DNA from: Octopus sinensis
Lineage: Eukaryota
Length of the DNA stretch: 64,000 nt
Assembly: GCF_006345805.1 (NCBI RefSeq)
Contig: NC_043012.1
Span: 12,586,001 to 12,650,000 of the forward strand
Direction: 5' to 3'
This document shows positions 24,450-38,215 of this stretch, in pieces (position 1 is the stretch's first letter; each line of letters starts with the position of its first letter). Made by a program: the position numbers and the translations under genes. The notes beneath the pieces were generated by a model that saw only the letters and a list, made by a program, of their open reading frames with translations, was not told the origin of the DNA and searched no databases.

Positions 24450-24757
24450 AACGACCCCCTTCGGTCATGAAGGAGCATGGGGTTGCAACCAAAAAGCTCC
24501 CCTCCAAGGTACAAGTCCACGCAAAGTTGTTTATGAAAGACCAACAATCACCCATGCATACTAGCCCCCACTCTCCACGTGACCGATGTTATCCTAGGGA
24601 AGGCAAAAGTTGATACCTGTCAAATTGCATCTCAATTCTGCAGCTGAGTGAACTGGAACAACGTGAAATAAAGAACACAACACACAGCTCTGTCCGGGAT
24701 CGAACTCACAACCTCATGATTCTTAGCACGGAACTCTAACCACAGAGCCACGCACCG
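24450..24757 (-). mobile_element. tRNA-derived SINE, diverged (same family as 32810-33100)
   Basis: B-box reverse complement gggatcgaactc. The 3' part acccccttcggtcatga...catgggg matches the 33060-33100 region. Confidence 0.7.
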
Positions 24758-25023
24758 TCATACACACATATTCATACATACACTCAAACACATACACAGT
24801 CACGCACACGTGCACACACAGACACGCACACAAATAGATATAGACATGATATACTTGTTTATGGATTTTTATATCTTAGTCTTGTTATTTTGAATTGACC
24901 TTTAATCTAATAAAGTGCAAAGTGTTCGTGGATTCATGGTTTGTGAAAATTAGTTACGTTAATATTGCTTCTTTCTCCTCACAGAAAATCTTATTAAGCT
25001 CAGATTACGGTGGTGTTGGTGGT

Positions 25024-25066
<43 letters not shown>

Positions 25067-26024
25067 TACACGCACAGACACAGACACAAGCACACACATA
25101 AATACACACATATAAATATATTTATATGATATATCTGTATCGGTGTGTGTGTCTTTGTTCTTTTCCTCCGGCATCGCTTGCCAACCAGTGCATATTTTGT
25201 TTACGCCTCGGTCCATTTTGTTTACGTTCCGGCAAATAGATCCGATAAAATAAGTAACAGGTTTAACAAAAATATAAATACTGGATGGAGGTTGCGATTC
25301 GTTCGACTAAAAAATATCAAGGTGCTGCCCCAGTATCACTGCAGTCAAATGATTGAAATACTTAAATGTAAAAATTAAAGGATAAAAGATTCGTTCAGTG
25401 TGAAGAAAGTTGCACGTAGCCATTTCGATAAACTATTACACAAGCAACCAAAAGGGTGGTTAGTTTGTAATACATTCTTAGTGCTGCACGGTTTCCATGG
25501 TTAGCTAATTTAATTCTTAACAATTTTTCCACTGCACTGTACGTAGGTAACTCAGAACACGCTGACATGAGCTGATGCAAGACTACAACCAAGAATGTGA
25601 TGGCTACTTGAAACTTGCCAATTGCTACAACATGTATGGTCACAACTATACAATAAGCATAGAAATTATTGATCACTCTGCCATACGTCTAATCGGAAAT
25701 CTAATCGACCGTTTGATTCATTCATTTGAGAATATATATATATTATCTTAAGTAGTTTGATATTAAACATATAGCAGTTACATTAGAATGTTTCCCTCTA
25801 CAGTGTTACAATATGTATATGAGTCAATACCAGATAGTGAAAAGTTTCTTTAATGGTCATTGAAGTTTTAGCCATATTTTCTGTATCTCGGGAGATACTG
25901 ACTAAAGTAGTTTAAGAGAAAAAACGTTTTAAGCGATTATACGGAGAAATCTAGTTACTGAACGTGTAGCATATTTGACCCAAGAATATGAGGTTAGAGA
26001 GAAAGGTATAAGTAGTTAAGATTA

Positions 26025-27356
26025 CAAGGTGCGTTCAAAAATTATCCGATGTTTAGGCATATAAAAAAAAAAAGAAAAACCATTTTGTGCATTTCACAAA
26101 TTTTATTCATCTTCAAAATACTCCTTCAGAGTTCACACACTTCTCGCAGTAATTCTACCACTTCTAGTAACGAGTCTGGAAAGCTTTCTCCGCAATGATA
26201 TGGAGCTCTGCCATCGCTTTTCTTATAATCTTCGCTATCGACTCAAATCGCTCCTCTCATGGCATAGTTTTCAGCTTTGAGTAATGCCAGTTGTCATACA
26301 GTAACAGCGCGGGGGAGCAGGGAGCCATTTGAAGAGTGTGTTGTTCTTGACTCGGAAGGCTTGGATTACGTCGGCAGAATGAGTAGGCTCATTGCCCAGA
26401 TGAATTTACTGATTCTTCTCCGCCCATATGTCCGGCCACTTTCGATGCACAGTATCACAAAGGCGACGCATAACCTCCAAGTCGTGTTCCTTAGTGATCG
26501 TTTGGCCTTCTGGTACGTATTCATGATACACCATACCACGGGAGTCAAAGAAATAGTTTAACATTGCCTTCAACCTAACGCGAACCTGTCGTGCTTTTTG
26601 AGCCTTGATGATGATGAGTGCTTCCATTGGGAGGATTGAAAGTTGGCTTCTGGGTCGTAACATAAATTCATGTCCAACCACCAGTGATTATATTCTTTAT
26701 AAAGTTTGGATCGTAGTTTTCACAGCCCAGCATGTCCTGAGCGATTTCCATGTGGAGTTGCTTCTTCTGCTCCACTAGAAACTTGGGGACGAATTTCGTC
26801 GACACTCTACGCATGCGCATATCCTCCGTTAAAATAGAATGCACTGATCCTGTGATTATACCAATTTTGTGAGCAATTTCCTTGATTGTTACAGGACTGT
26901 TTTTCATAACTATTAGCCGAACATTCTCAACTGGTTTCTTGTTCTGGTTTGTGATTGATTTGCCTGAGTGTATTTTGCTTACCCTTGAGACACGGTCATA
27001 TTTGAATCTGTTGTAACACTTTTTAACCTGAGATTTGCCCAGAAAATCCCCAACAAAGACCTGCTGCATCTTCTGGATAGTTTGAGCTTGAGTATCATTA
27101 ACCTTTTGGCAAAACTAGATGCAATATCTCTACTGAAAGCGTCTGATAATCTTGTGTGAAAACAAAAATCAGGCGAGCGGGTGGTACATGTCTATACAGT
27201 ACGCGTAACAACCGGAAACTGACTCGACCTACCAGTGCAATTCCTTTCGTAAATGCGCAGAAAGGGTGGGGTAACTTTCCATCTCACGGGTTTTCCACTC
27301 TCAATATTAGTTTTGTCGGACAAAGATAAACAATTATAGTTTTTGAACGCACCTCA
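26025..27356 (-). mobile_element. Full-length but decayed mariner (Tc1/mariner) element
   Basis: TIRs (C/T)(A/G)AGGTGCGTTCAAAAA with TA TSDs at 26023-24 and 27357-58. Transposase remnants: MRRVSTKFVPKFL, FFDSRGMVYHEYVPEGQTI. Confidence 0.92.
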
Positions 27357-28202
27357 TATCACCCCAGTTTTCCGCTGGCGACGCCCAAAAGTAGGGCATT
27401 GCAAACATCTTTTGTTCTTTTCTTTATTCACGTCTATACGTATGTTCCTTTATTCTCTATTTATATATTGCAGATGTATGCAATGCATTTAAATTGAAAA
27501 GTCCTTCGAACCAGATATGCTGCTGTACCGAGAGTCCCACGGAGAAAGTGAACTGGCTGAGTATCCTGCATCAAGCCATAAGAAGTGTGCAAGTATATTG
27601 ACAAGGAAACAGTGACAATGTTTACGATGACGACGACAACGACGATGATGATGCTGAGGTGATAATAGGCATGATAAAGATGGCGGTGGCAGAGTTGATA
27701 ATGGCAGTGATGTGATGATGGTAATAATAATAATGATCGTAAGGGTGATGATAATGAATACGACGACGATGATGATGATGATGACGGTAATGTTGGTGAT
27801 GGTGATGGCTGTGCAGTGAAGGGCAAAAGCGAAATTAGCCCCAAACTAATAAAAAAATCCACTAAGACAAGCCGATGATTAGAACAACGATAAAGTACAA
27901 CTCGCATCCATGACAGCTTAGAAATAGAGTAGTAAATGACTACACATAAACAATTAAACCTATGGAAACATACAAATTACGCGCAAAGGTGGACACATGC
28001 AAACTCTGCTTCTACACATTCATTACTATTACTTCTCCGAGAGAATAGACAATGACTTCGAAGTTTCTTCAAAGGCGTGTTTTTCAAATGTTTTTGCGGC
28101 ATAGTTTGAAAAGAAATACATCTAAGTAACCGTCAACGATATTACAACACATATGTACATACATATTCGTATATATGGATAAGTGTATGTACGCGTATCA
28201 AC

Positions 28203-28253
<51 letters not shown>

Positions 28254-28779
28254 ATATTATATATATATATATATATAATATATATATATATATATGTTTA
28301 TAAATGAGGGTGAAAATTTGATGTTAATTTAATAATACCATCAATTTAACACCAAGTGGCTTAGCACATAAAAACCAGGGATACAATACAAATTTATACA
28401 TAAATATGAGAGAGCGACCACTATGTGGTCTACTCTAGTGCTAAAAATAGATCCACTATGGTATAGCCACTAAAAAATTGTTTCCAATGAGAAATAACAC
28501 AACATTTAGCGTGGGGCAAGTGAAAAATAACAAATATATATATATATGTATGTATATAAAGATAAGATCGTTAATTTAAAATAAAATAACGATTTTATCA
28601 ATAATAATTATAATAATTATAAAAATAAATATAATAATTATAATAATTGTTATTATATATATATATATATAAAATTAAATAATAAGGGTAGAAATTGATA
28701 TTAATCAATTAAAACCAGTGGCCTAGCATGTTTTTAAAAAATTCGAAGGTTAATCCATAAAAGAATGTACAAGGATTAT

Positions 28780-28969
28780 CTTTTATCTTTTACTTGTTTT
28801 AGTCATTTGATCGCGGCCATGCGGCGGACCGACTTGAGAAATCTTAATCAAACGAATTGACCCCAGTACTTTTCTCCTTTTCAAAGCCTGGTTGTGCTGT
28901 ATCGCTACCTTCTCTCGAACCACTAAGTTCGCTACCCAGCAACAGTTTACAAGTGGCGGCGAGTGACAA

Positions 28970-29002
<33 letters not shown>

Positions 29003-29145
29003 CTTTTCTGTTTCCGTTCAGAAAATCTGCTCACAACGCTTAGGTCGGCCCAAGACTACAGTAAAAGACACTTTCCCAAGGTACCACGTAGTGGAACTGA
29101 ACCAAGAACTATGTGGTTCGGAAGCGAACGCCTTACCGCACTGCC
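28780..29145 (-). mobile_element. SINE family A
   Basis: ttttacttgttttagtcatttga...gtggaactgaaccaagaactatgtggtt is the reverse complement of family A. Confidence 0.85.
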
Positions 29146-29673
29146 GCGTCAGCGTCTACACACACACATACAAGCACACACACACACACATACACACATA
29201 CACACACACACACATACACACATACACACACACATACACACACATACATACACACATTCACACACACATACACACTCTTACATACACACACGCACACACA
29301 CACGCACACATACACAAATATATATTTAGAGTGAGAGAGAGCGAGAGAAAAAGAGAGAGAATTTTCCTTCCCCAAACTCTCACATAAAGCTATCAATAAT
29401 AGCATACTTGGCTACAAAACTTTAAAGGCTGCCTGACCTCATATCTATAAACTTTGAAGCTCTGTATCTCTTTTAGTGACTTTTCTGCTACGAGCAAGTC
29501 TTGTATGTTGTTGATTATATGAAAATTAATAAACTTCGAAAGAAGGTGAAATAATTCTTTTCTGTGTGTGTTTATGTATGCGTGATGTATGTGGTTGTGT
29601 GTCTATTTATATAAATCTATACCTTTGAACCTAAAAGTAAAGGTGACGTTACATTGAATCCTTTTGAAATATA

Positions 29674-29903
29674 TATTTCTTTACTACCCACAAGGGGCTA
29701 AACACAGAGAGAACAAACAAGGACAGACAAACGGATTAAGTCGATTGCATCGACCTCAGTGCGTAACTGGTACTTAATTTATCGACCTCGAAAGTATGAA
29801 AGGAAAATTCGACCTCAGCGGAATTTGATCTTCGAACGCAGCGGCGGACGAAATACCGCTAAGCATTTCGCCCGGCTTGCTAACGTTTCTGCCAGCTCGC
29901 CGC
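29674..29903 (-). mobile_element. SINE family B, full length
   Basis: 13-bp TSD CTTTTGAAATATA (29661-29673, 29904-29916). Confidence 0.92.
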
Positions 29904-30524
29904 CTTTTGAAATATAATGCAAGCTGGATTTTGGACACCTGTTCTGCGTAAGATCACACCCTACACTTCTATACCTATATTTGTGCAGGTATTTATTCTC
30001 GTTTCTCTATTGGTGTCAGTCCTTATGCTAACTGACTGACCGTTTGAAACACTCCCATTTTAATCTTCACTTACTTCCCAAACCCTCCCTAGGATGCACT
30101 CGTTTTCATCATCCTTTCTATCTTATACTCTTTGTATTTCTCAGTATTTTAAGTGCAGTTTTCAATCATCTATTTGTGTATTTATAAATTCATATTCGCT
30201 TAGTTTCATATATTGCTTATATCGTCTCTGTTTATTCCTTTTACGTTGTCCAATATAGGATTTCTTTTCTGTCTATCATTTTTTTGTTTTCAAATTGCAG
30301 TCCTGCCTGTCATTTTTCTCTTCTTCTGTTTCCATTCTTTCTCTATCATTATTCAGTTGGATTAAGTATCCAATTGTAATAGGAACAGAGGTGGAAGGAA
30401 GCACAATGGAGAAAAGTACGGAGGAACAAATAAATATGTGCTGTCGTAAGATATAAATGAACACACACACACACACATGTTAATATATATATGTGTGTGT
30501 GTAATATATATATATATGTATGTA

Positions 30525-30702
30525 TTTTCTTCTCTATTTGTTTCTCTCCGTGTTTCTTTTCTGTGTATCTTTCTGGTGAAGAGCGTAGGCTCGAAACGTA
30601 AAAGACTTGTTTTATTTATATTCCTGAGCGCCATACTAATACAATTGTTTGTTTGTATTCCACCTGCCTTCGTCTTTTGTTTATTTTCATAAAGCTTCCC
30701 GT
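30525..30702 (+). mobile_element. Short non-coding Penelope-type terminal-repeat unit in (TA)n
   Basis: Closely matches the reverse complement of 47879-48060, carries a hammerhead-like motif, and is flanked by TA tracts. Confidence 0.75.
30568..30605 (+). ncRNA. Core-variant minimal hammerhead motif (A6G, extra A after A9)
   Basis: TCTTT-CTGGTGA-A-GAGC(gtag)GCTC-GAAA-CG-TA-AAAGA. Confidence 0.65.
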
Positions 30703-30720
30703 TATATATATATGCATGTA

Positions 30721-30785
<65 letters not shown>

Positions 30786-30937
30786 TATATATATAAATGT
30801 ATGTTTATATATATGTATATATGTATCTATATATGTACTTATATATGTATATATATATGCACGTATATATATTTATATATATATGTATGTATATATCATG
30901 TATACGTATGTATATGTATATGTATACATATATATGC

Positions 30938-30982
<45 letters not shown>

Positions 30983-31073
30983 GTACATGTATATATATAC
31001 GTGTATGTATATATATATGTACATGTATATATATATACGTATATGTATATATATATGTATATGTATATATATA

Positions 31074-31123
<50 letters not shown>

Positions 31124-31130
31124 ATATATT
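30703..31130. repeat. Compound (TA)n/(TATG)n tract
   Basis: Direct repeat. Confidence 0.95.
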
Positions 31131-32809
31131 TGTATTGTATCGCATAAAAAAGCCACGTTACAGACATATAAGCCTTTAATATACTAAGTAGTATATTATG
31201 GTTGCAAAGCGAAAGACAGTGTCCCTGCCAGAAACCGATATGTACGTATCAGATGCCAAGAACGAGTTTAACGTGTAAGTTGGTGTATCCAATTATGTTA
31301 CACTGCTGAACGTAATTTATTATTTAAGCAAAAAGTTCATGGATAGTTAAAAGATTGGATGCGGTGCTGAAGAGGAGGTATTAGCTCTTGAGATATGCAT
31401 ATTCATCAGTTACCCATTTTCCATTTTCGGTGACATTATTTACATATACGTACTCGCATTAGAAACATCATAACATTCAGTGATGCTCTAAATTCTAGTG
31501 AAATTCTGTACTGTACCGATGACTGAAAAGCGATACAAACACACACACACACACACACACACATACACACACACACACACAACACACACACACACACACA
31601 TACACACACACACACACACAACACACACACACACATCTCGCGCACCCACACACATATGTTCATATATGGGGAACAGATTTTCTTTCATAAATATCTTAAT
31701 ATAAAATGTTCCATCTATATGTTATTGTATTAAAGACTTTTCCTTTGCGTATAAGTCTTTTGCCGTTCGTAACAATAAATTTTTTAGACCTATAATCAAT
31801 ATTTCTAAACTTTCCCAGTAGCCATCAACGTGATATCAAATCAAATAGATTTATCCTGCATTGCTTTTTTCGCAGTATTCCAATTTATGTAGACTTTATC
31901 GCTAAGAATTACGATCGTTAATTTTGGTTCAGAATACTTTATATAGACTTTATAAAATAAAGAATGCTAGCATTTGAACTCCCAATTTCTATTTCTATTT
32001 CATGCCTTGAGTTTTACGATTCATATATTTCCAAAATTAACTTCTCGAAATAACTGATAATATTGAGGTGATAACTTTGATTGTAGTACGTTTGTGTCCT
32101 TTTTTTGTGTGTTTGCTATTTTATTTGAATCAATAATGGGGTTTAAATGATGAAGAGTACGGGAGAGGTTAATTCCTTCTGACAGTTTAAGAGAAAATAT
32201 CAATCATTTTATTTAAAAACAATAAAGTACAACTTTTAATTAAATCTTTCTTTGTCGGAGATGATTAATCTAGGCTTGAACAAAGAATACATATTTATAC
32301 TTTTAAAATTAAGTGCAAACAATTTGAAATGACTTACACGTATATCAATAAAAAAGAAAACAATGAAATTAAATCTGTTCTAATTTGGTGTCGTTTAAAT
32401 AGGTGAGAGTGAATTTCCCAAGGGCTGTATAATTGCTAGTTTGTTGGTTTGTACGCTGATTTACTTTCAACAGTTAAAGATATGACTGCGATGGAGAGTG
32501 CAGGAAGGGTAGAAAAACAAATGCAGGTTAAATCTGTTGTAGCGTATAGATTAAGCAGTCTATGTTTTACTTTCTAATTCCATAGTATTAAATATTTTTT
32601 GTCATACCTAAGATATATTATGAAGTGTCAAGCATAACTAGTTTATATCAGTTCAGTGTTAAATCACGTATTTGTTCTTCTGGCTCCTATGAAAGAATAA
32701 CAAAAATTGATTGAAAAATTACCCAGTGACACAGTCTACAAAAGATAAGGATCAAATAAATGTTATCTTAATCAAATCTACATAATTGTTCATTAATATG
32801 TCGATTTTT

Positions 32810-33100
32810 GGCTCAGTGGTTACAACGTCGGTGTCAGAATCATGAAGTGAAGAGTTCAAATCCCTGACCGGTTTGTATGTTTTGAGCAAGACTTTATTCC
32901 ACGCTGCTCCAGTTGACTCAGTCGTAGAAATGTGCTGTGACGTCACTGGTGCCAAGCTTTATCGGCGTTAGCTTGTCCCTTGGACAACATGGATGGCGTG
33001 GAGAGGGGAGGCCGCTATGCATGGATTTCTTTAAACAAACCCACCCAGATTTGTGCCGCGGAGGGTAACTTTCTAGATCCAATCTCATGGTCATTCGCGA
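32810..33100 (+). mobile_element. tRNA-derived SINE, diverged
   Basis: tggctcagtggtt A box, gagttcaaatcc B box, ttgagcaag motif. Confidence 0.75.
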
Positions 33101-34049
33101 CGAGGTGATATCAAAACGTTCCGAGGTGATATCAAAATGTAGTGCGCCAACAGATGGCAGCAAAAGATTGCGTGCGCAGTAAGACATAGCAGTGATTTTC
33201 ATGAGGCAGAATGCCGAGTGAAATTACTGTGATAAACTCGGAAATTGTGAAATTTGTGCTTCTGTGATCATATATATGCTGTAATATGCGATTATTTCAT
33301 GTACAGCAACAAAAGATCCAACGATATTTCGCATTAAATTTCGGAAGTCTGCGACAGAGACATTGAGCATGCTTCGGTAAGCTTACAGTGGCGAGGTAAT
33401 GGATCGTACGCAATATTTTGAATGGCACGGGCGTTTCAAAAACTGAAGAATATCGCTTCATCTCTAAGACTGAAGAAGGCACGACAGAGCCGCAGTTCAA
33501 TCAAGAGAATGTTTATAGTGTGTTTTGACATCCGCGGTATTGTGGAACGAGGATTCGTCGTCCGAGCCTGACTGTCAATCGAGAGTTCTACTGTGACATT
33601 TTGATGCGCTTGCGGGAGGGAATTCGGCGAAAAGGACTGGTTGTGTGGAGCGCAAAAAATTGGATTCTTCACGACAACAATGCATTCTGTCACCAATTTC
33701 TTGTCACTTGTGATTTTCTCGCCCAAAACAACATATCATCGTTTCTACACACGCACTATTTTACCTTATTTTGTACCTTCAGACTTTCATCTCTTCCCAA
33801 AGATGAAAGAACAGCTCAAAGGTCACCGTTTTAAAACCGTTGACGATATCCAAAACAAATCGCTGAAGGTCCTCGACTCGCTTACGGAAAACGACTTCCA
33901 GGTCGGATTCCAAAACTGGCAGGAAGGCTGGATTCGGTGTATTGCAGCACAAGGTGACTATTTCGAAGGAGAGGATGTCAAAACTTAGGTAAATAAGTTA
34001 TTTTTTTTATCAAACATGACTAGTCCGGGAACCTTTTGATACCATCTCG
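33101..34049 (+). mobile_element. Internally deleted mariner element
   Basis: Left TIR CGAGGTGATATCAAAACGTTCC and right TIR GGAACCTTTTGATACCATCTCG followed by TA. Motifs WILHDNNA, PSDFHLFPKMKEQLKGHRF, CIAAQGDYFEG. The deletion junction is near 33440. Confidence 0.92.
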
Positions 34050-35079
34050 TATCGTAGAAGGAATCTAAGGAGACTTTCTTTCAGCGGGATTTCATTCCGG
34101 AGCGTCGATGGAGGTACTTAAATATCGTAATGTCTGTAGTAGCTTGCTTTAGAGTTTCTGCCAGCTAATGAAATCAAAGACCAGACAGCGAGGACAGTAT
34201 GTAAGGCTGAAGCGCGATATGCGGTGTGTGGCGAAGAATTGTGGTTGTCAGAGGCCGTCGCTCATTAGTCCTTTATGTGAGATTCTTCATGCCTTCCATA
34301 ATATGATAGTAACACTTTTACTAAATAAGACTTTCATATGTTTATATGAACAGAAATTCATAGCTTTATCAGTATCCTAAATAAGAGAGAACAAAAATAG
34401 ATAAATCGATATATAACATATAGAGATAAAGCTTGATAAATATATAGTCAGATAAATAGAAAATAGAAGCATGCATAGATGGGTTAGAACATTTTTAATC
34501 GGCAAGAAGATAGAAAGCGATATCTACACAACTATTTGTGGCTATTGGCAATCAACAGAGAGCAAATAGATTGGAAATATAAATAGAATCCTATATAAGT
34601 TTTTGTCGATTGAATCTCTAGAATTACAGAGGTAGTATTTCGCCTGCGCAGTCTTCCAGCAAATTCTAATACTGTGGCCATAGGAAATATATACATGGGT
34701 TAAACATTTAAAAAGTAAATAGGGAAAACAAAGGAAGTTAAGAGAACATTCAATTCGAGGAAAAACGTTCTTCATTATAATATAAATATATAACTGAATC
34801 GAAAACGATTCACACACACACACGTATTTGTGTATAAACATATATATGCATGCATTTATGCATAAAGACATAAATGGTTTAATGAAGCTCAATTTATATA
34901 TCGTGGTTAGGGTTTCACCCTAATGAGGTGTATGAATCGTGACTATATTTTTACACTAATGAGGATTATGTATTTATGTATGTTCTATGAAAATTTTTGC
35001 TTCTAATTCCAGTTGATTTTATTATCATTATCACACCTCTAGCATAAATTCTGTGGTCATGTACTAAGTTCTTTGTTAC

Positions 35080-35460
35080 ACCAATATCTCAAGTAGTTGC
35101 AGAAACTAGCATGTAATAGAAATGATAATGGATTTAATGACAAAAAGAAGATGATTACAGAAAGATAGTCCCCTTGGAATATTTCCTTTGAAATATTTAT
35201 AACATTGGAGACAAACATTAAACTCTCAGTTCTAAGAATTGCTGTACATGTTTTTGTGAGCCCCTTACTGGCAACAATTAAGACATCAAGCAATCTTGCC
35301 AAATGGAGACACTTCAGCAGCCATTAATTGAAGAATAGAATCAAATGCCTTCCTCTAACCAGATGCTGCTGCTGTAAGACTACTACCATGCTTTTGCTTA
35401 TACTTAGACAGAACAGCTTTGTTTATCACAGGTTGTTCGACACATGCCAGCATTCCCTTC
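35080..35460 (-). mobile_element. R4/Dong-like RT fragment, decayed
   Basis: CVEQPVINKAVL...RKAFDSI and KEIFQGDYLSVIIFFLSLNPLSFLL on the minus strand. Confidence 0.7.
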
Positions 35461-36289
35461 TTTCCACGGAACTACTCATCAATCATTATGCTCTTCGATT
35501 CCCAATGATTCGAGGAATTGGTGTACGCTTTGTACAAAATGCTTATTTTAATTCATGCAGACGATCGTTTCGTACAGAGATATAAAAATAATGTAAATTC
35601 ATGATTGAATTGAATTATAATAAATTAATTAAATTAATTAGAATTAATTACATATGACTAATATTCAGTGCAGGAAGTATAAACAAAATTACAATGAACT
35701 TCAGAAAGTATATAGCAGAAGAATTGAATCTTGTTGATTCATATTTTTATCTTTCTGAGAAAGCGATGCGAGTTAAGTTGGATATTAACTTTGTCACAAG
35801 GATGAAAATATAAATGCCCTAGATTCAATTCTGCTATATCCTTTCTCAAGTTCATTCTACAACAGGTGCTATTACAGAATGGGACCTGTCCTCTTGGTGA
35901 AGGCATAAAATCCTTTGTCTTTCATCACAGGACACCGGTTCTCTTCCGTAGCTGAATGTTCCAATAATGTATGATCATATGAAGTAACCGTTAGCCCATT
36001 AACAGTCTTCTAAACAACAAATACCTCGGTTAGTAGTTCGGCTGTCCAACAACTTGCAGTGGTACACACACAGGCTTTTTTACGCTTCTCTCTAAGAAGA
36101 AAACATATTGAGGCAGAGTTGTGACTTCGTTTATATCCCATGATGTAGACTAGTTATTCTTGTTGGGGAAATCAATACGTTGTTTAGAGAATGAGATTGT
36201 CTCTGTGCAAGATCTTTCTTCACTTCAAATTGCTTCAAGCACAGTCACAGGAAAGTTTGATTTATGACATCCCTACTATGCGTTGCATA

Positions 36290-36385
36290 TTATGGCTGGT
36301 TGTAGCTGAAAGTGACAGAACATTTCATGAAGCATTCCCTGGTAGAATGAAGGCGTGTGTCAGTGCGGGTGGTAACATCCAGTGA
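36290..36385 (+). pseudogene. Tc1/mariner transposase C-terminal remnant
   Basis: FPGRMKACVSAGGNIQ* resembles the R..A.I.A.GG..E ending. Short and isolated. Confidence 0.35.
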
Positions 36386-36499
36386 ACTTGCTGCTAGAAA
36401 CGTCCATGATCGACACATCTGTGCAAAAGAGTCTGTCCCCTAAAAGGATCTTTGGGAGTACAATCAAGCGATGGCATTGCTTGAAATCAAGCTGCAACC

Positions 36500-36710
36500 T
36501 ATTTCTTTACTATCCACAAGGGGCTAGACACAGTGAGGACAAACAAACGGATTAAGTCGATTATATCGACCCCAGTGCGTAACTGGCACTTATTTAATCG
36601 ACTTCGAAAGGATGAAAGGCAAAGTCGACCTCGGTGTAATTTGAACTCAGAACGTAACGGCAGACGAAATGCAGCTACGCATTTCGCCCGGCGTGCTAAC
36701 GTTTCTGACA
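36500..36710 (-). mobile_element. SINE family B
   Basis: Match to the 52513-52743 copy. Confidence 0.88.
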
Positions 36711-37904
36711 GCACCCCCAACCATCGCGCGTGCACATACATCCATGCACATAATGATATACATACATACGCGCGCACGCACACATATTTATACATATGCT
36801 TGCATGCGTTGTGCTTTTATAAATTACAATCAAATCTGGCAGCTACTTTCTTTCAATAATTGGGATCGATATTGTAGTTGCGGAAAACTGTTGCGTTAAT
36901 TCTACGTTTATGGTTAAAATTTATGAAAAAGTATTTTGAGGTAACTAATTCGTAGCTACTTTCGAGTGATACGGATTTATGTTTGTAGTCTTTGATAAAG
37001 GTCTCTCTTTCCATTACAGACAGAAGTGGTTCAGGCAATGGGCCCAGAGTAACACCACGGCATTTGGTAGTTTCTCGGTAACTGCAGTTACACTTATCTA
37101 CACATTGTACCCTACACTTTAGGACTTAGTAATCCCATTTACTTGCTGTGGCACATAATCTAGTTTCCATGTTAGCCTATATACTGTTTTTTTAATTTAG
37201 GCATTAGAGCAGTACTGTTTTTTTAAAGAAAGTTAAGTGATATTATGGACATCAGTACCGAGAATTTATTTCGCTAGCTTCGGAAAAGATCAAAGGCGAA
37301 CACTTTCTGGATTCAATACGCAGTAGGTATCGGATTCCGAAAGAAAAGAGCTGAAAGAAACACTCCATAAAATATACTCCGATGCTAGCAGTCTTTATAA
37401 GTCTGCATGATGAAGGTATCTTTTTAAGTTATTTAAATCTTAAAAACCATTAATGAAATTATCTGAATTTTCAGACATCATAAAATAATATTTTACTGAC
37501 ATTTATTATAAGGCTCCTTGCTCGTTAATTGTGCACAAATAGCCAAAACGTCTTTAATGCTTATTAACTTTACAATTAATGACTGCTTAATCTTTCATGA
37601 ATAATTTGGGGAAATTTAAAAGTTTTCTGATACGTAAATGGGCAATAACATTCTTGCAACTCTCAGGGGTTTATGTCTATATGAATTTGCATGCATGAGC
37701 TCATATACATACGTGGTTTTATAGATGTATGTATGTATGTATGTATGTATGTATGTATGTATGTATGTATGTATGTATGTATGTGTGTATGTATGTGTGT
37801 GTGTGTGTGTGTGTGTGTGGAGGCGCAATATATATATATATATTATATATATATATATATATGCGTGTGTGTGTATGTAGATGTCTATATGTATATATAT
37901 ATGT

Positions 37905-38215
37905 GGTGGTGCAATGGCCCAGTCATTAGGGCAGCGGATTCGCAGTTGTAGGATCGAGGTTTCGATTCCCAGACCGGGTGTTCTGAGTGTTTATTGAGTG
38001 AAAACACCAACAAGCTCCACGTTGCTCCGGCAGGCGGTGGTGGAGATACCTGCTGTGCTCTTTCGCCACAACTTTCTCTCACTCTTTCTTCTGTTGGCCT
38101 GCTCGCTTAGCTAGCGGGGTGGCGCCATTTGAAGGCTAAAACAATGCGAAGCGGATTGTGACCAGCGATGTGTAGCAACATCTGATAGCCTGGTCGCTCA
38201 CGGTGATCACGGTGA
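37905..38215 (+). mobile_element. tRNA-derived SINE family D
   Basis: A box tggcccagtcattagg, B box ggtttcgattcc. The 3' end catctgatagcctggtcgctcacggtgatcacgg is shared with 55273-55395. Confidence 0.8.
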
